Shown here: positions 28,921 to 42,605 of the stretch, in pieces
How positions within the stretch are numbered: position 1 is the first letter of the stretch
Layout of the letters: every line of letters begins with the position of its first letter
Assembly (NCBI RefSeq): GCF_006345805.1
Contig: NC_043006.1
Location: forward strand, 8,866,001-8,930,000
Source: Octopus sinensis
Taxonomy: Eukaryota
Direction: 5' to 3'
Length of the DNA: 64,000 nt
Position numbers and translations under genes: made by a program
Notes under the pieces: model-generated
Told to the model about the DNA's origin: nothing
What the model saw: only the letters and a program-made list of their open reading frames with translations
The model's database searches: none

Positions 28921-29585
28921 AAAAATGAAGATCTACCAGGCATATGTACTTAGCACTCTACTGTATGGAAGTGAGACTTGGACACCAAGAGCGTCGCCTA
29001 AATATCTTTCATCTGGGCTGCCTCCGGAAAATCCTTCGCATCAAATGGCAGAATCACGTCTCCAACAAAGATCTCAAGCAAGCAGGAATACCAAACATGT
29101 TTCACACTCCTCACGCAAAGACGTATGAGATGGCTTGGGCATGTTAGCCGTATGAAAGATGGCAGAATCCCAAGAACATACTCAACGGAGAGCTTGCTAG
29201 GGGCACTAGGTCTGTGGGAAGACCGTTCTAACGATACAAGGATGTTTGCAAAAGGGACATGAAGGCATGCAACATCAATATTACCAACTGGGAAGCAGTT
29301 GCCAGCAACTGTGGAGATTGGCGACGTACCGTAAAAGAGGGAAGACAAAGGAGTGACATAGAGAGAGAGGAGAAATGGAAAGACAAGAAAAGACGTCAAC
29401 AAGAAACTATGACATTACAACCAGCCAGGCAAAGTCTTCGCTACATTTGCGGCACCTGCCAGAGGGAGTGTTTGTCCAGGATAGGACTACACAGCCACAG
29501 CGTGGGGTGTATTAGGACATGAAATGTAAAAGCCGGACTCGATTATTTTATGAGCAACGCCATTGTCCTCCGGAGACAAAAAGGA
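28921..29585 (+). mobile_element. 5'-truncated RTE-clade LINE
   Basis: KIYQAYVLSTLLYGSETW, LRKILRIKWQ, RWLGHV.RM..GRIPK.IL.GEL and a C-terminal C2H2 (CGTCQRECLSRIGLHSH). Followed by an (AGT)n tail. Confidence 0.9.
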
Positions 29586-29597
29586 TCCCAACAATAA

Positions 29598-29641
<44 letters not shown>

Positions 29642-29657
29642 CTACTACTACTACTAC

Positions 29658-29688
<31 letters not shown>

Positions 29689-29879
29689 TACTCTTAGTAT
29701 GCTTATTTTCAAAGCTCGTAGGTGGACATTTTCAAAATTTTTTAAGATATTAAGATATTTTTTATAACATGAAAACAGTGGTAAGTGTGTGTGTGTACGT
29801 GCGTGCGTGCGTGCGTGTGTGTGCGCGTGTACGTGTGTGAGTGTGTGTGTGTGAGTGTGTGTGTGTGTATGTGTGTGTG

Positions 29880-30060
29880 AGTGTCATTTCCATGTTTGAC
29901 TTTGCGTCCCCATAAGTTAGCGGTTCGGCAGAAGCAACGGTAGTGTAATACCAGAATTAACAAAAAATTACTAAAGTCGATTTAATCGACTAAAACCTTC
30001 AAGGCAGTGCCCCAGTATGGCCGCAGTCTAATGACAGAAACATGTTAGAGATAAAAGATA
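29880..30060 (+). mobile_element. Degenerate SINE 3' segment
   Basis: TTAGCGGTTCGGCA..CAGTATGGCCGCAGTCTAATGACAGAAAC matches the family 2 3' half. Confidence 0.7.
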
Positions 30061-30584
30061 TAAATGTATATCATAAGTGCGCGTGTATGTGTGTATGTGA
30101 GTGTCTGAGTGTATATACATGTGTTCGTTTGTGTGTGTATATACAGAGTTTCAATGCGGTAGTTTCATCTGCCCTGTAGATAATAAATTCTACTCCACAT
30201 CTCATTCCAGTTGTAAGACGATAAATATTCAAATAAAACGGATACTGTAAACATGTATTTCACAATCGACCTTAGTTGAACAATAGTGAAGATGTCTTAT
30301 TTATCGTTGCTTGGCTTCCGTCGGACGTGCGATCCATTTAAAAAAGGCAACTAATCAATAATATTCTCTGTGTACTCAGACAGCACTTTATGATGTCTAT
30401 CATCTTAAGTCCTACATCACTATTTTGCTGCTGTCTTCGTTTTTTTATTCATCGAAACAGATATAAAGTAGTATAATCTGATAATCGTTATCTTCCTACC
30501 TAACTACATATTACTGTCTGTATAGCACATGAACACACACATACATACACACATACACACATATACATTACCTGTACGTATCTA

Positions 30585-30588
30585 TATG

Positions 30589-30673
<85 letters not shown>

Positions 30674-30766
30674 GTCTATCTATCTATATATTTATATATC
30701 TATCTATCTATATATCTATCTATCTATCTATCTATCTATCTAACTATCTATCTATCTATCTATTTT

Positions 30767-30827
<61 letters not shown>

Positions 30828-30830
30828 ATA
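30585..30830. repeat. (ATCT)n microsatellite
   Basis: Read directly from the sequence. Confidence 0.95.
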
Positions 30831-30914
30831 TATATAATATATACCGGAGTAAACACATACATACGAAACAAGGTGGAAAAAAGAGTACCCAAATACCAGT
30901 GGTAGAGTAATATG

Positions 30915-31062
30915 CTTTATTTAAAAGCACCAGAAAATTCAACAAAACCTGTTACTCTGAGTTTCACGTTCCCGTTCGTCGGACAGTTTTTTCTAGCAAA
31001 AACGGGAACGTGAAACTCAAAGTAACAGGTTTTGTTGAATTTTCTGCTGCCTTTAAATAAAG
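30915..31062. mobile_element. Hammerhead-containing fold-back element 1 (probably Penelope pLTR-derived)
   Basis: 62-bp arms at 30915-30976 and 31001-31062 with 3 mismatches and a 24-nt spacer. Confidence 0.8.
30949..30986 (-). ncRNA. Minimal type I hammerhead ribozyme (U4C variant)
   Basis: CTGT-CCGACGA-ACG(GGAA)CGT-GAAA-CTCAGAG-TA-ACAG. Stems I and II pair, and stem III is near-palindromic. Confidence 0.7.
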
Positions 31063-31151
<89 letters not shown>

Positions 31152-32078
31152 ACATGTATGTGTATTGTTGCGGATCGATTAAAAACAACCATAGAGTTTA
31201 CTTCATATATAGGACAAATTTTATAGAGGTTACTAAGTTAACTAATTACAGGTACGACAGTAATAATGTTACCATTTACAGGCCCTGAAGAACTTATAAT
31301 GGGCTAAGAAACGGTAGAAATTTTAAGCGAATACAATTCTGCATGACAAAAGTTAACAAACGAAAGGAAAGTAAAGTTTCAAACCATTTTAACAATTTAA
31401 ATATTTACTTTTCAAAATGTTTGATTGACATTGATTTCTGGTGTCGGTCTGGGAAAAAACCATTATCCTCATTGGACATTGCCAGTAGAATTCCACAGTT
31501 TCTATGATATATACATACACACACACACATATACAGTGTATACATACAGGCATGCAAACAATCACGTATCTACAGAAACAGACATATATATATATATAAA
31601 TGCATATATAGGTGTATAATGCAGCGTGGTTTCCTCCCTTGTCGATACAGCATTAAGAATATTTTTACTCTTATTTCTAGCAACTTTAGTCACACTTTGT
31701 GAAGATTAAAGATTTTCTGTATGGCGTCATGTATTTCGCTAAATCATCCATAAAATTTTATGATAAATATATATCTGCCTGCAGACGGAATTAACCGACA
31801 ATCAAACGTTCGAGCAGTCGATGCCCCTGGTAGAGGCGAAACTAGAAATATTCTGGTGATACTTGAGACGTTCCTGGGGTGGTGACCACCACTGTCAGTA
31901 TATGTATATATTTGCGCTCTTCTTACAGCATTCACTTTATTCTAATTCTTATTCCTAGTAATGTCGGTGCTTCGGTAGACTTAGTCACATTTAGCGACCA
32001 TTTTTTTGTATGGTCTCACATTGTGCCTATCGATTTTTACTATATATATACATGCATAATACATACATACATACATGC

Positions 32079-32122
<44 letters not shown>

Positions 32123-33224
32123 CTAAAGAGCAATATAAATGGCTAGGAACAATGTGAGACCAATATATATATATATATATATGTATAGATAGATAGATAC
32201 ATATGTATATTGCAACTATACCCTGAAATAGTTCCAATACCATGGAATAAAATATCAAATATCGTGATGTTCATATATTGTAGATGTGCTTTTATGATGT
32301 CGGTACTTATGCATTTATATATAAATGCTGATGTGCAATTTGAATATATAGATGATGAATACATTCTTAATCAGATTATATATATTTGTATAGAGAAAAG
32401 TGAACAACGAATGAACATAAATGAATTAATAATGGGAATAATTCGGCAAGTGTATTCTTCCCTGCTGGTTAAATGTTGCTTGTGCTGTTATATAAACGAT
32501 TGATTTTATTTACCTATAATACAAACTAATTATAACTAGCCCCATATATATATATATATGTGTGTGTGTGTATGTATAAATTATTTAAATGAAAGCTTAA
32601 TCGATCGTGATTTTTCAAATGAAACTTTTCGCAAATAGATATTAAACACTAAAAATCACTTTAGTTTAATACTTAACAATCATTTAGAAAATGTTTGAAT
32701 GCGTGTTTCCAATACTTACTGCAAATATAAGTGGCATTTCATATAAAATGCGATAATCATTTTTTTATATGTAAGCAGATAATGAATACGACATAAATAA
32801 TTCATACCGTTATAGACCGACAATAGGTCTCCCATTCTTCCCACGCACATTCACCTCACACATGTACACAAAAATTCATACATATATCTATACATATGTA
32901 CATAAAGATATATAAATAAAGATGTATAGTCAAATATGATAACCCTAAACCAAATAAAGGAAATTTGATCTCGTTATATGAATTGCTTATATACATATTT
33001 AGACTATGTCTTTTAGAAGCAAGGCAGTGCTAGATCAATTCACGCTAGTACTATAAAAAGGTTCTGGAATTCTGGTAGCGAACACCAATAATGAGCATGC
33101 TAAGAAGTGCGTAAATATTCGTCCTTGCATATGCGGGTATTTGTGTGAGCGTGTATGTAGGTATACACATTCATATATATATATGTATGCATACATATGT
33201 GTGTATGTTTGTATATGTATATAT

Positions 33225-33621
33225 ATTATATAAAATCCATTCTGTCTGTGTGTGTGTCTTCTAGGATCTCGGACATCCTCCATTCGATTGCGCTCAAATT
33301 CGATATGTAGATACCGAAGGTATCAGGGCATGTATAGGTCCTGAAAAAATTGCAAAAATCGATTCCAGGTAAGAATGTGATCGATAAAGCCGTGAGAACG
33401 TGCATTTATACGCGCAAGTACATCAGCTGTTGAGATTGATACTACGTGTACGCGAAAAAAAGTCTATCTTTACTTCTTCTTTTGCTGGTGTCTCAAATTT
33501 AGGTTAAATCTGTGTTTCTCAAAATGGAGGCCTATGGGATGGTAGGACAAGTTGTTTTGAGAAAATTTGGTTTAAATGTTTGGCAACTCAGCACCGTCCA
33601 TTATACGGGGACGTTTTGCTC

Positions 33622-33622
<1 letters not shown>
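33225..33622 (+). mobile_element. Helitron-like non-autonomous element (degenerate)
   Basis: ..ATATAAAATCC..TGTCTGTGTG 5' region, a 3' hairpin CCGT-CCATTAT-ACGG, then CTCG|T (a variant of CTAG|T). Confidence 0.5.
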
Positions 33623-33678
<56 letters not shown>

Positions 33679-33939
33679 TGTGTGCATGTGTGCAATGTAT
33701 ACATATCTAGAATCAGTTTATATGTCATTGTATTGCTACACGAATAGATACTTAAATTTTGAGGATTTCTTCTTCTTTGAAAATATTGCATATGATAGCC
33801 AAAATATATTCGTTTTCTGTATATATAGCCAAAATATATGTCCGTTTTCTGTATATGTGTAAATCTGCTTGTAGGAGCGCAGATTTGCGTCCTTATGCTT
33901 TCAGTAATATGGAGAAACAAGTGAGCCAATGCCTATTAA

Positions 33940-34290
33940 AACTAGAAAAGCACTCGGAGAGCGCAGACCTCCGCCAAGCAGCTCATTTAAAGTGAGATAC
34001 GGTAACATTATTAATAGAGAAACGAAAATAAACTTTGTAAACAGCCACGCCACCATAGGTTACGTGGAAACGATGAATGTGTTTTCAAGGGAGATAATCA
34101 AAGAACGTGCCCTAATACTTCATGTAAAGTAAATATAACAAATGAAAAATCATTCAAGAATCCATAAAAATTCCCGGATCACGACCAAAATTTCATCTGT
34201 TTCTTGTGTCCTAACCATATTTTCCTGGAAGTTTCATCAAATACTAGTAAAATAACATGAGTTTCAACATATTATCTTGCAACCGTCTCC
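33940..34290. mobile_element. Helentron/HINE-like fragment
   Basis: AACTAGAAAAGCACTCGGAGAGCGCAGACCTCCGCCAAG terminus and GGATCACGACCAAAATTTCATC..GAAGTTTCATCAAA motifs. Recognised from memory only. Confidence 0.45.
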
Positions 34291-34459
34291 CTTGATTTAT
34301 TAAACTTTTAAAACAACAGTTAATTTTACCGAAATTCACAAATGAAAACCTTCTTGGGAAATAAAAGATGGAACACATTAGATATTGCTTTTAAAATATT
34401 AGTATAGTTAAGTATAGTGTGTAAATGATCAACTGTTTAGATGTGACCTTAGACTAGAC

Positions 34460-34975
<516 letters not shown>

Positions 34976-37900
34976 AAATATATCTGATTATATTTAATGC
35001 GAAACTGGCCTTCTAAGCATTTGATTCGCATCAGCACAAAACAATTTCCCCAAAGTCTGCTCTCTATATATTAAAATCAAACCTATCACGTATTCAGGTC
35101 GGCAGTGCATTTATTATTTCTGATCGATGTCAATGAGCTTCATATATGCTACTGATATCAATGATGCAGACACACACTCCTCAACGTCATGTTGTTCGCT
35201 AAAATTCACAAAGTATGCTCAAAATTAAAACAAATCGATATTTCAGTTGAAAAGAGGATACTTGAAATCGTCATTTCCCACAAGCTCGTGTGACAGGTTT
35301 TACAGCAGAACAGTTATAACAAAGTAACTATGTTTCAAGTTTAGTATCAATATTTGGATGTCATTTCAATGAAAGCTAACTGATGTTAGATTGCACTCCA
35401 TGCTTGATAAAAGTTTCAATTATTTAGTGAACAAATACTCTCTCTTCCCCCGATAACCATTTGAGGAAAAAGTCTTTGTAACTGTATCACCCACCTGGAT
35501 ATCATGAAATAATGATTCTATCGAGAGAGCTTCTAATATGACATTTTAAGTTGGACTCACAAAAATGATAGTAAAATATTCCCAAATTTTAAGGTAATAT
35601 TCACTCTACATATATTTAATAGATATTTCCATTAGAAATAATTCGGTTTCGTTAAAATAATAGGTAAATTATTTTACAAACGAAAGTAAACGGGTTGTGA
35701 TATTGCAAATGATATGTATATCGTAGCATGAATTGAATTTTGTCCACTGAATAAAACACTATTTTCTAAAATTTACTCAAGACTCTTCATGTATTGATTA
35801 ATAAAATGCTTCTTAATACTTCTATTTAAATACAATGCTTCCATGTTTAACTTTATTCTTCGAACTATAAAAGCTTCCTTAACACCATTCGCTGCTAGAC
35901 GACATTGCTGTGTGTATGTGTATGTGCGTGTGTGGTGGGGAGGGTCCTTTGCGTGCGCCTGTGTTTACGTGTAGCTGCGTGTTTTATATTTTCTAATTTC
36001 ATCATATAAGCGAGGGTTATAAGCCCAGAAATCTTCGGAACTTGGATGAATAGGCAATTCACTTGATTTGTATTATCTTTTTTTACATAAATAAAATTTT
36101 CCATAAAAATGTTATGAGAAACATTTTATATCTGAGATCGAGATCTCAAACTAGTTATTTCTGTTCAAATTTACAGAATGCCGAGATATTAAAATATTAG
36201 ATTAACTACTCCCTGCAGCTTAATGGCGCTATTTCTTATTGCTATATGTTGGACCATTATAACTCCTAGTTACTGCCAAACACTGTAAGCTCCTAATTAA
36301 TGGTAACTGGCAGATCCTTCTTGAATAGCAACTCGTATATTAACGTACAATTCTGTAGTGGTCGTTACGTAGGTTCCTGTCATCTACCTAAGTATACGCT
36401 TCGAAGTACACCTCTTTTTACGATAATTTATATCTGCCTCATTGCTTGCCTTATAATGCATACTAGAAAATAGGACCCCGTTTTCAATGCTATTAATTTG
36501 TTTTACCATTACTTAAATAGCAAACAAATACACATTACTACTACATAAGTCATACTGTTACAGAATATTACGCAATATATTCTTCAACAAAACAAATTCA
36601 TATTTGCAGATTAATATTCTGTTCATTTGATTTGATAATTTGTTAAGTAACTGATTTACCGTTATTTAACGGTAAATCTTCTCGTCGAACGAGATGCATA
36701 CTGGCTGTTTGCATTTCATATTATCAGCTGAAGTGAAGTTACACAGCCCCGATAAAGTCTAGATTTCCTGACACAAATTTATTTTACTCCTATGTCACCG
36801 CTTGAACTACAACACTACGTAATCAAAATCTTGTTAATTATCTTCGGGCCAACATTTATGAAGAAGTAGTATTTTACTTTGTATTTTTGAGCTTCTATAT
36901 GTATATGAATGCGTGTGTGTATGTGTGTGCGTGTGTACGTGCGTGAGTGTGTGCGTGTGTGTATACACGCACGTACACACATATGTATATGTTGCAATTG
37001 AAACTAAGGTGGCAAAATCAAATAGCGATGTATTGTTGCTTACATGTAAGTAAAGTGAACAGCTGTTAAGTTATACACTATTCACTGCTACGAAAACTTT
37101 CGCGTAAAACCGTATATATTCTATGATATATTTGTATCAATAAACTTATATTACAACGTGCAAAACTCATCCCTTTGTTTAGGTCCAGAATTTTTTATGT
37201 AGCTCCTTTATGCAATATATTGCTTTTGAATGATGCCATATCTCACTTGAAGCATGTCAATACAACTAGTCACAGACAGAAAAATCTGGAGCGAGAGAGA
37301 GAGAGGGGGAGAGATACACATTCATACAGACAAAAGTAATATATGTAGCGTATAAAATTATCAAATATATTGACTACATAGTTCTTCAATGTCATAATAT
37401 TACGTCTATAAATTTCAGAATTATAACTTTGAAACGACTTGAATGATTCAATATTATTTCACTATTTCTGCAATAGCACAGAAAGTTTCATAGGAATCTG
37501 TCAAAAGTATTACTTTATTATTTCATATATTTTAAAGCACTTTATTTCTTCATGTTATGCTATCTCTATTATGTAACTTCATTTAGTGTTTCATTTTTCT
37601 TATATATATTTTATTCCCATTATAGATGAATAACGGTATCCATCCTAAACTATTTCCTCACTTGTCACAATCTAATCAGATAATACTTTAAAGAATAACT
37701 TTGAAAGATTTGAAATATCTAGGAGAAAGCCACTCATCCATAATGGTAATCAGCCAAGCAGCAGTTATACTCAGCGGACACTGGCAAGAGATATAATTTG
37801 TCGACAATATAAAGAATGAATAACGCTGTCTACTGCCAGTAAAACCTGACTGCGTAACTGTGAAAGCCGTTACATTTAGTATGACATCTGATCGAATACA

Positions 37901-38077
37901 ACTCGATTAAATGACAAGCTGAAAATATAAACGATACCTAGACATGAACATTATTTAGTCATATCGTTAGTCATCTTTCCAATCTGATTTTCCAGCATAT
38001 TTCCAATTTGAAATATACTCCGTCTATTCATATTTTGCTGTTTGAAGATACGCAAACGGTATAATTATATATATATA

Positions 38078-38388
38078 TAAATTAATCAAAATAAAAACAT
38101 GATGCCAAGGATTCAGCGGTACATATGTTTCGGGCCTTTATTAGACGGATTTATAACAATGCATAATGTGTGTCTATGGCCTTCTTCAGCCGCGCACAAC
38201 TACTACCTCAAGGACATGTATTACATCAAAAATTCTACGTTGGGGATGCAAATCCTCTCATTCGCGTACGATATAATGCGGCAATAGCATTGAGAGAAGG
38301 ACGAGATGGCCGCATCATTTTTATGCTGTTGCCCGAAACATATGTACCGCTGAATCCTTGGCATCATGTTTTTATTTTGATTAATTTA
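38078..38388. mobile_element. Hammerhead-containing fold-back element 2
   Basis: Perfect 58-bp inverted repeats at 38078-38135 and 38331-38388. Confidence 0.88.
38116..38193 (-). ncRNA. Type I hammerhead ribozyme with extended stem II
   Basis: GCGG-CTGAAGA-AGGCC-ATAGAC...GTCTA...GGCCC-GAAA-CATATG-TA-CCGC. The first stem II pair is A.C. Confidence 0.78.
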
Positions 38389-38480
38389 CTCCACCACCTA
38401 CACCACCAAAAGGTATATACAGGTGCTTACAATTATCAAGTACTCACCCTGAATTTCTATATATATATATATATATATAT

Positions 38481-38515
<35 letters not shown>

Positions 38516-38634
38516 ACAATAATGAAGGTGGCTAGGCGGAATATAAAGCCAAAAGTAAAAACTTGAAACGTCACTATGTTGCCACGTCAGTCTCAGTTAG
38601 TACCAATTGAATTTTTGCTATATATATATATATA

Positions 38635-38943
38635 TCACGTGACCACAAGGCCGACCAGGCTATCAGATGTTGCTACTCATCGCTGGTCACAATGCGCTTC
38701 GCAATGGTTTTAGCCTTCAAGTGACGCCACCCCGCTTGCTAAGCGAGCAGGCCAACAGAAGTAAGAGTGAGAGAAAGTTGTGGCGCAAGAATACAGCAGG
38801 GAACACCACCACCCCCTGCCGGAGCCGCTTGGAACTTTAGGTGTTTTCGCTCAATAAACACTCACAACGTCTGGTCTGGGAATCGAAACCACGATCCTAC
38901 GACTACGAATCCGCTGCCCTAACCAATGGGCCACTGCGCCTCC

Positions 38944-38944
<1 letters not shown>
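38635..38944 (-). mobile_element. tRNA-derived SINE family 4
   Basis: Minus-strand head GGAGGCGCAGTGGCCCATTGGTTAGGGCAGCGG..GTTTCGATTCCC (A and B boxes) plus about 230 bp of body. Confidence 0.85.
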
Positions 38945-39024
<80 letters not shown>

Positions 39025-40094
39025 TGTGTGTGTGAGATGCCGTCTTGGGGTTAAAAAAATCTCAGGAAAGTCCGTTGTTGAAGGGCTACGACCATTACTT
39101 GCTAGCACCACTGCTGTGTTCATCATTCAGACATATCTTAGAACTAGCGGTTTTCCTTGTTGGAGGATCAGAGAGTGAATGTCGCTTGAATTTTATATTT
39201 ATTGCGAGCAGAGGTGAACTGCTGCCATCTCTAGGAGACAAAGTGTCCAGTACTTAAGCGAGACAGAAATAGACCGAAACCAGGCTGGTCTGCTGGTCCC
39301 GTTACTAGAAAGTGTTATGGGTTCTCTCACCTGCGCAGAATATATTGGATGCATCTGGCATTTGTACATATCTACGTGCTGCTTGTATACGCATGCGTTG
39401 TCTCGTTTTAGCTAAGAATTTTACAAAAATTAATAACGTAATTAACATTTCTTATGAACACATGTAACACGTTCATAAGTTCTAGGTGAGAATCTATGCT
39501 CTGAATTATTAGCTGTGCATTCCATATCTATTGAACAGCATTTTGTCGAACATTCTGAAATACTTCTTTGAAAACGTAAGCATTCTTTTACAATTACATT
39601 TTATTGTATCAAAAATTGTTTTTTTACGAGTATAATATAATATTTTTGCAGTTCGAGAAAAAAACCCCTAGAGCGTTTACAAATTAGAAAGTTTATTACT
39701 ATATCCTAAATGCTTATGCTCGCCGATAAATTGGTAAATATTTTTATCTGTAGGAGAATTTCGAATATAGAATATTTGCAATTGTGCAAAACAAAATTAT
39801 TTACATATTCTCCACTCAGCGTTTGTAAGATTTCTTCAAATTTTTATATTGAAGGTTAGAAGACCAGAAAGCGACTTTTATAAGACAGAAAGTTGCTGAG
39901 TTTCAATGTACAAGACTAGAAATATCGTATGTGAATTACAATAATAATACTTCTCAAAGTGAAAATGAAAATAACGGAAATATTTGCTGCATGGAAGCAG
40001 ATATTTTAATACGCTTGAAATTCAGCTACTCAAAATCAATGATCACAACTCGGTTGTAGTAGCAGCTCTACCTGAGATTTATCAAAGTAATACC

Positions 40095-41614
40095 TATTTC
40101 TTTATTACCCACACGGGGCTAAACATAGAGTGGACAAACAAGGACAGACAACCGGAATAATTCGATTACATCGACCCCAGTGCATAACAGGTACTTATTT
40201 AATCGACCCCGAAAGGATGAAATGCAAAGTAGACCTCGGCGGAATTTGAACTCAGAACGTAGCGGCAGACAAAATACCTATTTCTTTACTACCCACAAGG
40301 GGCTAAACATAGAGTGGACAAACAAGGACAGACCAACGGATTTAAGTCGATTACATCGACCCCAGTGCGTAACTGGTACTTATTAATCGACCCCGAAAGG
40401 ATGAAATGCGAAGTCGACCTCGGCGGAATTTGAACTCAGAACGTAGCGGCAGACGAAATACCTATTTCTTTACTACCCACAAGGGGCTAAACATAGAGTG
40501 GACAAACAAGGACAGCCCAACGGATTAATCGATTACATCGACCCCAGTGCGTAACTGGTACTTATTAATCGACCCCGAAAGGATGAAATGCAAAGTAGAC
40601 CTCGGCGGAATTTGAACTCAGAATGTAGCGGCAGTCGAAATACCTATTTCTTTACTACCCACAAGGGGCTAAACACAGAGTGGACAAACAAGGGCAGACC
40701 AACGTATTTAAGTCGATTACATCGACTCCAGTGCGTATCTGGTACTTATTTAATCGACCCCGAAGGATGAAATGCAAAGTAGACCTCGGCGGAATTTGAA
40801 CTCAGAACGTAGCGGCAGACAAAATACCTATTTCTTTACTACCCACAAGGGGCTAAACATAGAGTGGACAAACAAGGACAGACCAACGGATTTAAGTCGA
40901 TTACATCGACCCCAGTGCGTAACTGGTACTTATTTAATCGACCCCGAAAGGATGAAATGCGAAGTCGACCTCGGCGGAATTTGAACTCAGAACGTAGCGG
41001 CAGACGAAATACCTATTTCTTTACTACCCACAAGGGGCTAAACATAGAGTGGACAAACAAGGACAGCCCAACGGATTAATCGATTACATCGACCCCAGTG
41101 CGTAACTGGTACTTATTTAATCGACCCCGAAAGGATGAAATGCAAAGTAGACCTCGGCGGAATTTGAACTCAGAATGTAGCGGCAGTCGAAATACCTATT
41201 TCTTTACTACCCACAAGGGGCTAAACACAGAGTGGACAAACAAGGGCAGACCAACGTATTTAAGTCGATTACATCGACTCCAGTGCGTATCTGGTACTTA
41301 TTTAATCGACCCCGAAAGGATGAAATGTAAAGTCGACCTCGGCGGAATTTGAACTCAGAACGTAGCGACAGACAAAATACCCATTTCTTTACTACCCACA
41401 AGGGGCTAAACATAGAGAGGACAAACAAGGACAGACAAACGGATTAATCGATTACATCGACCCCAGTGCGTAACTGATTCTTAATTTATCGACCCTGAAA
41501 TGATGAAAGGCAAAGTCGACCTCGGCGGAATTTGAGCTCAGAACGTAACGGCAGACGAAATACCGCTAAGCATTTCGCCCGGTGTGCTAACGTTTCCGCC
41601 ATTTCGCCACCTTC
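40095..41614 (-). repeat. Tandem array of 8 SINE family 1 bodies (about 184 bp each) with one head, bounded by a 19-bp TSD
   Basis: Unit starts at 40091, 40275, 40459, 40641, 40825, 41010, 41193 and 41378. Head at 41562-41614. GATTTATCAAAGTAATACC occurs at 40076-40094 and 41615-41633. Confidence 0.95.
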
Positions 41615-42332
41615 GATTTATCAAAGTAATACCATGAGATGTGTATTACTACTCCACCCGATAAGAAGTTTAGTTATTAGGGTCATCACTGTTAATTCCA
41701 AATTGTCGCCAAAAGTTTATATGAACCCTGCAGTCTATATTATACACCTACGAAATATAGATAAACGTTCATTGTCACCTGTGCTTCAATTTTTTTAGAT
41801 GGAAAAATATGCTAAAATCAAATAAAAATCAACAAATTCAAAATTCAAAAAATGTTTTTTTTTTTCCTTTGCTATTGCCATTTTACAGAAGAATGACTTG
41901 AAATGTAGAAACAAAAACATGTATTTCGCTGTATATATTCCTGGAAGCATGTAATTATATGAATGTAAATAATTCATATCTTGTCTGTCACTAAAATGAA
42001 AATTCCTCGAAATCGGAAACACAGTGATATTTTGCAATAAGTCCCTGAATTCGATGGCCAATAAAATAATCAATTCTGTTATAAAAAATTACAAAAAGGA
42101 TAAGTTTATTAAAAAAAAAAACTTAAAAACTTAATCAGGTAAAGTATTGAACAAATATTAGAGTGAAATGCCACATCAACAATACTTTCTACACCAAACG
42201 AATGATTTCCTGCATCATAGCTTCTATTACCTCGTGTAGAATATCATTGTTTCTGTAGGAGTTACTCTTAATATGCCACACCTTTAACCTTCTATTGGAA
42301 ACCGTGTGTCATCACATTATTTCTTCTACGCT

Positions 42333-42556
42333 AAGGCCACGAGCTGGCAGAAACGTTAGCACGCCGGTTTAAAAAAAAATAAGCGGCATTTCGTCTGTGT
42401 TTATGTTCAGAGCTAGTTGAAATTCCACCGAGGTCGACTTTGCCTTTCATCCTTTCGGGGTCGATGAATTAAGTACCAGTTGCGTACTGGGATCCATCCA
42501 ATTGACTGGTCCCCTCTCCCAAAATGTCGGGCCTTGTGCCTAGAGTAGAATAGATT
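42333..42556 (+). mobile_element. SINE family 1-related copy with TSD
   Basis: GAGCTGGCAGAAACGTTAGCACGCCG head. TTTC(T/G)TCTACGCT flanks both sides. Confidence 0.88.
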
Positions 42557-42605
42557 GTTTCGTCTACGCTCCAGTGTCAGTGTATCTCATTATGTAAACC
42601 ATGTG

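Noticed and set aside
31740-31910. GC-richer island with open frames on both strands as an exon
   Set aside because: No frame gives both convincing splice sites and a recognisable peptide, so it is left unassigned.
38170-38535. 121-aa ORF as a gene
   Set aside because: It traverses the fold-back element and ends in microsatellite, with no recognisable domain.
38860-38944. tRNA-like heads (also about 51940-52004 and 17147-17220) as tRNA genes
   Set aside because: They run directly into SINE bodies and lack a complete acceptor stem.
39270-39300. GACC-GAAA-CCAGGCTGG-TC as a hammerhead 3' half
   Set aside because: No upstream core or stem II partner was found.
40095-41614. Regular repeat array as CRISPR
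   Set aside because: The units are contiguous 184-bp SINE bodies with no unique spacers, there are no cas genes, and the context is eukaryotic.
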